A DNA stretch of 64,000 nt. Source: Eledone cirrhosa (Eukaryota). Shown piece after piece: positions 52,555 through 64,000 of the stretch (position 1 is its first letter; every line of letters begins with the position of its first letter). Both the position numbers and the translations under genes were made by a program. The notes under the pieces are model-generated. The model was not told the origin of the DNA, did not search any database, and saw only the letters and a list, made by a program, of their open reading frames with translations. The stretch is from assembly GCA_964016885.1 (NCBI GenBank), contig OZ024740.1, positions 377,084,001-377,148,000 of the forward strand. Reading direction: 5' to 3'.

Positions 52555-53577
52555 GGGAAAGGATGTTAGAGATAGAATGTTTCAACTTGAGTAGTTTAGT
52601 GTCAAGTTCGTGGTTGGTGGGTGGGGGGTGGAGTGGGTTGTCGAGGTGGTACGTGGGGAGTGTGGGGTGGGTTGTGGGGTTGTAATCGATCTCGGTGTTG
52701 TTTTGGATGGCGGTTAGCCATTTCAGTTGATATGCTGTCCGACAGAAGTTGGTTTCGATGTCGAGCTTCAGTCTATCATCGAGACGCTGTGTAATAATGA
52801 ACTTGGGTCCGAGGCGCAGAAGTTCGAGTTCGTCGTTGGTGAGGATACCAGTTAGGTCGGTAACGAGGTGTGAAGCATCGTTGGTAGGTAGATCGATGTT
52901 GGGGGGTGTAGCGGAGGGTGTTGTATAGCTGTTGCCCCTGGTGTGGTTGTAGTCGGTCCGTCTGTGGGAGCGGATGTTGTCATTGTAGTATTTGTTTACA
53001 GTCCATTCGTATTTCCGTATAAGGCGCTGTTTATCATATTTTTCTCTGGTGTGGTAACACTGATCGATAGCTTTGCGTATTTCCTGGACCTGGTGGTCAG
53101 GGGTGAGGGTTGGAGCTATACGATCTATGTGCTCGGAAAGCGTTTGTATATGGAATCGCAGTTGGTGGTGGTTGTGTCGTAGTATTTTCTTGATAAACGT
53201 GCGTTGAATGTGGCGGATGGTGTTTTCGAAGGATGGTGATCGTAAACAATCGGGTAGATGTATATTCCTGATGGTGGTTGCAATGATGTTGTTCTTTAGG
53301 CAGCGTTTTAAGAAGGTAATTTGGCAACCGAGTTTGGCACGATTCTCCGATAGTCTGAATAGGTCCCTTATGGGTGCAAACAAGTCCTGGCTCAGGTGTA
53401 ATGATAAGAGAGTGTTAAAGTTTGCTTGAAGCATTGTGAAATGTGTAAAATACGTAGTTTAGAAAGCCACAACAATGCAGAGGGAAATCTCGAGGTAGGA
53501 AGTGAATGATAGATAGGAAAATAGGAGAAAGTGAAAATTGAGAGACAAAGATGAAAACAAAACAAAGGTAGAAGGGT

Positions 53578-53579
<2 letters not shown>
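50138..53579 (-). mobile_element. Near-complete PLE with 134-bp direct pseudo-LTRs inserted in (TA)n
   Basis: Repeats at 50138-50271 and 53446-53579; ATG at 53434; LLRLGPKF, PYDKG, FYHLVKTHK..RPIVS, SLDVVALYTSV, GLPMGS, RYVDD, VVYKIQCDKCNKFYIGSTIRPLHVRIKEH; frameshifts near 52470 and in the G-run near 51085. Confidence 0.95.
50289..50324 (-). ncRNA. Hammerhead-like variant (CCGUUGA core) in the PLE 3' UTR
   Basis: UCCC CCGUUGA U GGGC-GUGA-GCCC GAAA UA UU GGGA. Confidence 0.6.
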
Positions 53580-53614
<35 letters not shown>

Positions 53615-54124
53615 GTATATATATATATACACATTCAACAGAGAGAAGAGAGTTTGACAACAAGTCGATGACTTTAGTCTAGATAGGGTATGGTATGGTA
53701 ATGACATGTGATGGTGGGGAGAGAGTGTAGACGTTATTGTGGTGGTGGGGACAGTGAGATGTATCTAGTTCATTTGACCGTTTTCTTCTCTTTGCAAAAT
53801 TTGAATTTTAGCCATGTTATATTGAGATGTAAGTAAATGTAAAATGTAAGATATAAATAAGGATTGCTCTGCTAAAATATACTAAAATATTTGTGTAACT
53901 TCCACAAACTTCTGTCGTGACATTCCCGAGTCCAGTGACCAAAAAGTTGTTGTATTTTGATGTTTCAGAATACAAAAATTAATTAAAAACTTACCCCACG
54001 AAAAGACAGCGTGTGTTGTCCTATCTATAAGCTCCCTCCCTCCGTACATACATACATACATACATACATACATACATACATACATACATACATACATACA
54101 TACATACATACATACATACATACA

Positions 54125-54480
54125 TACAGCGACTCGTCTCCAATGACGAATACTATAAATATCTGGGGACTGATAGGAATTATGAGTACATTGAAGCAAA
54201 TTTTATACCTAATGCGAGAAAAGCATACTTCCCAGACGTCGGAAAATGGAAGAGTCCGCACTTAATAACAATATATCCCATAGCGTCTTTTCAGTGGCAA
54301 TTTGCATATTTACTTAATAGGGCACTTGAAGAGATATATAACTCAGACATCAAGGCTAGGAAGATATGAATCAGCACCATCTATAGAATACACATGAAAA
54401 TTGGCACTAGCAATGTTATATGGACAGGTGGCGGCATGGACATAAGGTCAAGGCATTTCACTACTGCTCTTAATGACTCA
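54125..54480 (+). mobile_element. R4/Dong-like non-LTR RT C-terminal remnant
   Basis: DEYYKYLG...KWKSPHL and LEEIYNSDIKARKI match the YKYLG...W...EL..D.KTRK pattern. Confidence 0.55.
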
Positions 54481-54643
54481 GTCATCTAGTGAACAATAAA
54501 AAGAGAACTGAATAAAATCTATGAGTGCTCAACACCGATAATATTTTCCTAAATATGTCGATGGTCAAAAATCTTGTTGGGGTTGTGGAACAGTCGATTA
54601 GATCCTACCCCAGTACTTGGCCGATTCTAATATATATATATAT

Positions 54644-54764
<121 letters not shown>

Positions 54765-55899
54765 TAAAGAGAGAGGAAGAGAGAGAGAAGGGGGGGGGGA
54801 GAGAGAGTTTGGAAGTATCTGCTGAATGGTAAAATAAATTTTCACACGTATGTACTGAGTTGTATAGCACAGAACCACAGTACATTGGCGAGTGCATTTG
54901 TCAAAATGATCTGAAAATAAATATTTTTAATAAAACGTTATATGATATTTCGTGTATTCTTTTTCTTTCCGTTGACATATAAGTAGACTAAAAATAGTTT
55001 CGAAGCGTCTCTCTGTCTCTCTCCTAAGTCAGCAATATATCACCTAATGCTTCTCATACACATAAACATCTCCTATTAAGCAATAACAATCATATAGCGG
55101 AAAAATTACTGGAGTTTATTTTGCACATTAGCTTTTGGAGGATTCGTACCTGGTTTCGGTCAATTTTGGTGATCATTACGCTTGCACTACAAGAATCTAT
55201 GATAGACATACAATGTTTTAATATATACTAGCTGGCACCGTTGAGATTCTGCGTCTTAATTAGAAACAACCACCAAGTATTAAAGATCAATATGACCAAT
55301 GTGACTTGTTAAATGTTTTAATTATGCGTTATATATTGTATATATACACTAATCATATATCCATCCAACTATAGCCACTTTCTCTATCACGCATTTACAC
55401 ACACACACATCACCCGCTTACCAGCATGACAGACGTTTTATACGAAACATCCAACATATTTAATATAATAGTTATGTATGTATACTTTTCCCTATTGTAA
55501 CTGTTATATTACCAACATATAGCGAAAACACCGAGAGACGATGTCTTCCCTTCTTAATCACACTCAGCCCACATACAGATACAACTACGGCATATTACGG
55601 TTGAACACGTAGTATGCCAGTAGGTGGGACATTTCTCAAGCTACTGTCGCAGAAAATGTCTAGGAGAAGGCTACTACGAATTAATACCCAACCTTTTACC
55701 AAGCACATGCTTGTTTCCGGGGTACTTAGCTTGCACAACACTGTTACTGACTACAATTCCAGGCACGAGCATTGATGGTAGCCATAATCTATTTCATCAG
55801 GGTAGCACTTACAAAAACAAAAGTCCTTTTGGTGATGAAAAGACAGTGATGCGTTCAGGCTTGATAAGCAGGAGGTACGAAGTTGTTGACCTGCACATA

Positions 55900-58800
55900 G
55901 GGCGGCCTTTGACAAATATTAAAGGGGTTTGTCATCAAGCCAGAAATTGCTGAAATTTTCAGTTCTTCCATTTGTGCCCGAGGAACCTAAGGAATCAGTA
56001 CTACTCACTAGGATTCCAGAAAGTACCCTAAAAACTGCCTGCTTAATTCCTATCTGATCAGCCTGGTGCAGTTGTGCGCTGAAAATAACACAGGAAACAA
56101 TAACAGAAGAGTCCAAATCAACATAGGTTGTTGTGATGTACGAACTCTGGTTGATGATCTGAATTGAATATCTTCCAGACTTAGAACGGTATTAGTCTCC
56201 AGAGAACTGCATTACTATAGTGTGACTATAGCTACTCTTTCAGAATCTCGTCTATCTGAAAATGAACTCCTATAGAAGATAGGTGGTGGCTTTAGATTGT
56301 TCTAGAAGGGGAAAATGCTCAAGAAAAAAAAGTATCTGGAGTGGGTTTCTCTATCCACATGAGTCTAATTCGCAAACAAACAGATCTGCCTCGTGGGAGT
56401 ATTGACCGGTTTATGACGGTGTTAATACTCCTCTCGAGATGCAGGTATGTCAGTATTATCGGTATATATGATCCAACACTTGACAGCGATGAAGCAAAAA
56501 GACAGCGTTTTATAATTCATTAAAGAATAGTCTGCATTCAATTCCGCATGGAGATAAAATAGTTCTTCTGCAGGATTTTAATGCACATATAGTTAAACAT
56601 TGAGAGGTAATGAGCTGTCATAGAAGTAATGGCGTTAGGAAAGTTTACCGCAACATCCTCATTCTGCTGATGCTGTGTAATGCGTTTAGCCTATATATCT
56701 CAAGCACACACTTCAAGCATAGAGAGGACTGGTGACAACATGGCTGCACACAGGTTCACACAGTGGAACTTAATCGATTATGTAATTATTGTTCACAAAC
56801 GTAAAATGCACGTTGTCTGTAATATCCATACTATGCAAGGGGCTGAGTTCTTGACTGGCTACTGTTTGCTAAGGGCAAAACTGCATTCAATAATATAGAA
56901 TATAAAACTATAATATATAAAACTGCATTCAATAACAACTGGAAATCATAACACGATTAAGTTTCCAAAACGCCTTGTTGTTAGTAAGCTGAGATCTCCA
57001 GATGTGGTGGTGTGTCGAGATCTTGCTTTGCGTGAACGTATCTCTACCACCAATGACGACTCTTCTTGGGCTATAGTCAGTGATGAACTTTAGAATGTAG
57101 CGTATGGAATCCTGGAACCACTTCAGCAAAATATAGGGATTAGTTTGATGGGAATGATCAGTAGATTAAAGCAATGTCTTTGAAGAAGAATTCTATTAGG
57201 CTGCAAAAAGTTTATCAGAAACAAGATGTCAACTAGAGGAACGCTTTTAGGTGGCTAGGGCAGATGCCCAGTTTAAATTGCATTAGATGCAAAATGATTT
57301 GTGGTAAAAAAAAAAAACCTATGCAGACAGCAACTGACTCGAGGAATTCAAAGGAATTCTAAAATTTGATGAAATCAATCTTTGAAAAATGTTCCACTAA
57401 AATAACACTACTCAAATCTACTAACAGATATGAGTAACATTGCTAAGAGATGGAAGACATTTCAATGGTTTATATAATAGAGATTACCAGGTACAATATT
57501 GAATAGAGAGATCTACTGTCTTTTCTCTTAATGATCCTCCTAACATTGAAAACGTATATGTTATTAGCATCAAGGATTTTAATTTAGGTAACGATATAGT
57601 ATTTGCAGAGATGTTCAGATTTCGTAGTGAAATAATCATGCATGATCTAATTCTGTAAATATGGTAAGAGGATGAAGTACAAAAGGATTAGAAAGATGCA
57701 ATAATAATTCCTTCATAGAAAAACGTAAGTCTCCAAAAAATGCAGAATATAGAGAAATTGCTCTCCTCTATGCTTCCGGGAAATTTCTTGCATCTCATGC
57801 TTTCAAAACTAAATGTTAAACCTGATCTTACAAGAGTCACAATGTGACTACCGCCCCAGTAACGGTAGTACTGATAGGAGCTTTACAGCACGTCAAGTGG
57901 TAGAAAAGTATTATGAACAACAGAGCCTGTATCGGGTTTTTTGTGGAATTAACAAAAGCTTTTGATACGGTGGACAAAGCTGATATGTGGAAGATTCTTA
58001 TCAGGATAGGGTGCGCGGAACACTTTATTAGCATAACCAAATCCTTTCAGGATGACATGGAGATTTAGGTATATATTGGTCATTTCATCTCAGAGCCAAT
58101 CAACAGTTAAAATAGTATTAAGCAGGGTGATCACATCGATCCCACTCTTTTCTCTGTCTATTTCTTTGTGGTTCTCATTGATGCCATTAGGGACTGTAAT
58201 GTCGGTATCTTCATCAGGTAACCCTCTTCAGGAAAACGTTCAGAACCTTGCGCTTTCCTGCAAAGGCTAGAGTCCAGCAAATTCTCATTCGCGATCTTTA
58301 CTGACAATAATCTAGCTGCTCGTTCAGTCTCGTTTATGTAAACCCTTTGTAGTAATGCTTTACCCGTTTCGGTATCTCATATAGAACCACCCATTTTCGT
58401 AGATGGACAAAACCTCAAAGTAGTCCATACGATTCCGTATTTGAGAAGTACAATAAACCAACAATGCACGTTAGATAATGAAATAGCCTCCCGAATAAAA
58501 AAAGCGGCGGATATTATTGCAAGTATTAGGGAACCTGGAACCAAAGGGAATTAGGAAAGAGTAAAAATCTGCAATATATAATGCATATATTCTGTCTACT
58601 CTAGTATTCCTGCGAGACGTCGGTTGTCTATCGCAGATAAATTAATGACTTCGAATGATTTAACCTACGTTTTCTCCGAGACATTCTTGGTGTTTACAGT
58701 AGTAAACACACCACATAGACTGAAATATTACAAAATGTTGGTGTATTTAGCATTGAAGTTGGGTAGGTCACGTTGTTAAATCTGACAACACCAGAATCCC

Positions 58801-59115
58801 AACGCTACGTTTTAAGGACTGTGTGAAATATTCCTTAACGATGTACAACATTGACCCAACTCGCTGAGAAGTCTGTGCAATAGAGGGAAACTGGTAGTGC
58901 ACTGGTATATCTAATGATGTACGGCTTATTCAAGGATTTTCTTCTGAATTGGGCTACATTAAGCGTGCGGCTTTGAAAGGGCAACATGTAGAACCTCTGT
59001 ATCTCAGTTTCTATACAATGTATGTGACCAAATATACCACTACAGGGCTCACAGTAATAGAAACATTACTTTTTAGCGATGGCCTTCATGGTCTAGTGAA
59101 CTGATGGCCACATAA
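55900..59115 (+). mobile_element. Heavily decayed, near full-length RTE LINE
   Basis: IATLSESRL, SGVGF, IYDPT, QWNLIDYVI, FVELTKAFDTV, IKQG, PYLRSTI remnants with many stops. Confidence 0.85.
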
Positions 59116-59125
59116 GCACACACGT

Positions 59126-59215
<90 letters not shown>

Positions 59216-59218
<3 letters not shown>

Positions 59219-61670
59219 GATAATGGGACTGCAAAGTTCATTGGATGACTGTGAAGGAATGATGCTAGAGCTGTGAAGTCTTATATGCATTCATTTCAAC
59301 TTTTCTTAATAACTGTATTGTTTCTTTTCCTGTAAACTGACATTTGACTGTTGAAAGAAGACTTCAAAAGTAACTAGCAGTGACATCTTGAAAATGGACA
59401 AAATGTAACAATATAGTGTTATCAAATACCACCAGAAGAAGGGTTTAGCCCCCAAGGACATTCATGTTGACATGGTTGCTACATTAGTGTATGACGCACC
59501 AGCTTTAAAAACAGGGAAAAAGTGGGCAGATGACTATAGGAGCGGGAGGAAACCCAAGGGCAGGTCAACTATAGGAGCGGAAGAAAACCCAAGGGCAGGT
59601 TGTCCTGTAACTGCCATCACCGAGGAAAACATTGATTGTGTTCACCACATAGTGATGAATGACAGACGATTGACTATAAATCAGACAACCAATGCTACTA
59701 GCATATCCTGTGAAAGAGTTAAGAATATTCTGCGCAATGAACTTGGCATGACGAAGATTTCTGTTCTATGGATGCCACGTATTCAGACACCTGATCATAT
59801 CTCAAGAAATTATGACATTCTTTGATGTAGATACAGCTGGTTTCCTTGAACGTTTCCTAACCCAGGATGAGTGGTGAGTTCATCCCTTTGAGCCTGAGAC
59901 AGAGACAATCCATACAGTGGAAACGACCCTCTTTACCTGACCCAATGAAGGCCAAGGTCGTTTCATCTGTATGGAAGGTGATGGCTTCCGTTTTGGGGAG
60001 TGAAAAAGTCACTGTATATATTGACTATCTTCGAAAGGGCCACACCGTCAGTGGAAAGTACTATGGCCACTTGCTAAGGAAAACTGACCAATGTTCTAGA
60101 ACAGGCATGTCAAACTGAGGGTTCCCCAAGGGCCACATGGGTCACATAAGTGTTGTCTGAGGGCCGCACACGACAACTAATTGTGCACATTACAATTAAT
60201 TAAAGTCATTTAATAAAATTTATTGGAGAAAAATTTGTTACCTAAATTTAGAAACATACAATGTACATACAAATGTTTTAGCAGCATTCGTGAATACAAA
60301 GTAATGAAGTAGTTTGGCAAAAAACTAAAATTTTAGATGGCAATATATACTCAAATCAGAACCATAGTCATGCAGAACCTGATCGACCTTTTCAAAGATG
60401 TCCTGGTTTGTTATAGTGCCACACATGAGGACCAGTTCAATCAGTTCTTCAGAAATACTAAATTCACTATCACAGGCCCTGATGAAGAATGAAAGCTGTG
60501 CTATTCCAGTGATGTCAACGGTCTCATCAATAGCAATAGAAAAATGTTCAGACCTTGATGATACAGCCTTCAACTGTTGTTTCAGATCACCTGATATTTC
60601 ATCTATCCGTTCAACAACAGTGTTCCTGGTTAATGAAATGTCTTTGAATAACTGTGCTTTCTCTGGAGATACGATTTCAGCTGTTTTTACAAGGCATTGC
60701 TTTACAAAATCTCCTTCACTGTAAGATTTCCCACACATAGCGATCATTCGGCCTGTAGTAACGGAAGTGACATTCTCTTCCTCAGTTTTCATAAAGCAGG
60801 TTTGTTGTTATCTCAAGTTAGCCTTCAATTCCTTGAGTCTTGAAACACGCATTGGGCCTTCATAATTAATGTAAGATCGATGGTTCGTTTCATAATGCCT
60901 TTTCAAACTGTACTCTTTTAGCGTAGCGATACAGTTGTTGCAAATTAAACAGTGTATCTTTCCGTTCACCGTTGTGCAAAAATACTGTAATTCCCACTTT
61001 TCTTGAAACACTTACTTTTCTTCGTTGAATTTCGTTTCTCTTTTAGCCGGTGGAGCACTAGCCATTATAAAAGAAAAAAACTTTTGAAATTTCGAAAGAA
61101 AGTTTTCTATTTACAATTGTTAATGAGCAGCGCGTGATTTGTCGGAAGTTAAAAGTAGTTGACAAAACCCGCACAAAAAAAAAACGACTATATCGAAAAT
61201 CCTTTTTTATTTTATATTACGAAGATAAAACATGCTCGCGCTGTAAAAACCTTTCTGCGGGCCGCAGGTGTGCTTGCAAAGATCCGCATGCGTTCCGCGG
61301 ACCAAATTTTTGACATGCCTGTTCTAGCACATAGGTAATGATTTCAATGGCTGCTGTGCATGACTGTAGCTTTGAACTGGTTGATCACCCTACCTATTCT
61401 CTAGATTTGGGTCCATCTGACTATCATCTATTCCCCAGCATGAAACTTGGCTAGGAACCAGTATCGCAGTGATGATGATGTCATAGTTGCTGCTGATGAC
61501 GTTTTCACCGACGTGATCAAAGCTTCTTCAAAAATGGAATCCAAGCACAGCAACACCGCTGAAAGTGAGTGTGGACCGCAAGGGCAAATATGTTGAAAAA
61601 GAAACCTCATTTGGTCAAATTTCATGAGAGTATCTTGATCATCCTATGAACTTTTTAGCCGACCATCGTA
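59216..61670 (+). mobile_element. Mariner transposon (decayed), interrupted by a hAT insertion
   Basis: TIRs TA-GGATAATGGGACTGCAAAGTTCATTGGATGA and TCATCCTATGAACTTTTTAGCCGACCATCG-TA; motifs WMPR, TQDE, HPTYSLDLGPSDYHLFP. Confidence 0.9.
60102..61321 (-). mobile_element. hAT (Charlie/SPIN-like) transposon, internally deleted
   Basis: TIRs CAGGCATGTCAAA and TTTGACATGCCTG; 8-bp TSD ttctagaa/ttctagca; FQEKW..CLIC..LKRHYETNH BED finger; FSIAIDETVDI..AQL.FFIR. Confidence 0.92.
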
Positions 61671-61755
61671 CGTTTTTATATTATATCATACTCTGATCTG
61701 TAAGAGCATAGTGTGCTCAACCGGCATACCGCCTATGGAGGTATCTTAGCTACCA

Positions 61756-62520
<765 letters not shown>

Positions 62521-62529
62521 TATATATAT

Positions 62530-62789
62530 ACATCGGCAAATGCTATGTAGATTTTCATGGTAGATATGGTCCCTAAATTGAAGAAAATTTCCCTGATGAA
62601 TTCGTGAATTCATCAGGCGTTTTCCAATATTTGCTTCTTTCAGGAATGAAACCATGGTAGGAAGATATATAAATAAGTGAGATAGACTTTTCAAATAATG
62701 TTAATTTACTTTAACAAACGAAGTCTTCATATTTTGCTGAATATTAAATATATAATTATCTATCTATAGCACCTACTTAAACACATACA

Positions 62790-62837
<48 letters not shown>

Positions 62838-62852
62838 CACACACACACACAC

Positions 62853-62900
<48 letters not shown>

Positions 62901-63463
62901 TGTATATATATATATATATTAGCAACATGTGAAGGTGAAACAATCGTATTAATATGTATTTTTCATTCAGATAAGAAAGCTCTTCATGTACCGTCACAAA
63001 ATCTGTTAATTATAATTTATCATATTAAAAGGCAAGTTAAACTTTCGAGGAGTCGAACAAAGAACAGAAAATATATATTTTGTTTTATTCTTTCCTCTCA
63101 AATCTGAGTTTAATTACTGCTGGCGAAGAGTTCTCCCGTGTTCATAACATATGCAACACGTTTACTTCTACCTCTCACAATATCGGCATCATTGTTAAAT
63201 CATTGTTGTATATAAGTGGGAAAAAGAGATGGGCTCCACCTGAAAGAAATTGACTTGAATTTCGTCTCTTATGTTCTTGAGAAAAGATATGAATTTCAAT
63301 GAATTTTGCATAATTAACGAAAGAAAATGAGCATATATCGGACAACAGTATTTCAAAATCATACTCGTAGTATTTTTAAATAAACATGCCCATGTCCTGG
63401 ACTGCCCATATTGTCCTCTTGCTCCCAATGAAACCAACACTAAGTTTGATGTAGACATATGTT

Positions 63464-63465
<2 letters not shown>
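62530..63465 (-). mobile_element. Very decayed PLE RT fragment split by microsatellites
   Basis: DNMGSP...VVRYM, VHEELSYL remnants. Confidence 0.45.
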
Positions 63466-63504
<39 letters not shown>

Positions 63505-63505
<1 letters not shown>

Positions 63506-63616
63506 TTGTAATAAAATGAAAACGAAATTTCATTTCTCACACTTAGTACGGCACTTACTTAAATGTAAGCGTCCGCTAAACTGATACGTACATATATGTA
63601 TGTGTACCTGTATGTA

Positions 63617-63682
<66 letters not shown>

Positions 63683-64000
63683 CATGCTACTGTACGTCTG
63701 TATACATATATGTATGTACGTATACATACATACTTACATTTAAGTAAGTGCCGTACTAAGAGTGAGAAATGAAATTTCGTTTTCATTTTATTACAACTCA
63801 TCGTTTTCGGTGCGCCTGACCGATTTAACTCACTCGATATGCAAATTAGGCTGCTCAGCCGTTAATTTTCATAAGGAAAGTATATACTTTCGAACGTTAA
63901 ACTATCTGGCAGATGGATATACGGTGCTGATGATAGCTAACAAGCTTGAAACTAGTACATCGTTCCTGTGTCAGTGTTGAACAAAAAGGTGACGTGGTTG
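63505..64000 (+). mobile_element. HHR repeat copy with an inverted 5' segment; runs off the window end
   Basis: 63505-63570 is inverted relative to 63733-63797; intact HHR at 63922-63962: CGGUG CUGAUGA UAGCU-AACA-AGCUU GAAA CUAG UA CAUCG. Confidence 0.88.

Noticed and set aside
60325-61066. Host GTF2IRD2/ZBED-like gene
   Set aside because: Bounded by TIRs and an 8-bp TSD, frameshifted and truncated, so it is a transposon rather than a domesticated gene

Overview
AT-rich eukaryotic, repeat-saturated window with no recognisable intact host gene. Most ORF-track entries are microsatellite or antisense artefacts. The (TA)n/(CA)n/(TACA)n density and the SINE/RTE repertoire suggest a cephalopod (Octopus-like) genome; this is inference. 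Contents: at least 8 Penelope-like retroelement (PLE) copies or fragments, one near-complete with pseudo-LTRs (50138-53579); several RTE LINEs, one near full-length with three C-terminal C2H2-like fingers; Helitron Rep/helicase remnants and two non-autonomous Helitrons; a mariner interrupted by a hAT element; CRE and R4/Dong remnants; and tRNA-derived SINEs. The most notable signal is non-coding. About 17 minimal type-I hammerhead ribozyme (HHR) motifs from about 8 sequence families can be read by eye. They include a ~424-bp tandem-repeat family with one HHR plus an octamer motif per unit (a candidate retrozyme/circRNA system; 36859-38165 plus dispersed copies), core variants (U3-A8, CCGAAGA, CNGUUGA) and many fold-back palindromes anchored in (TA)n tracts. 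All structures were assigned by manual reading; none was tested computationally or biochemically.
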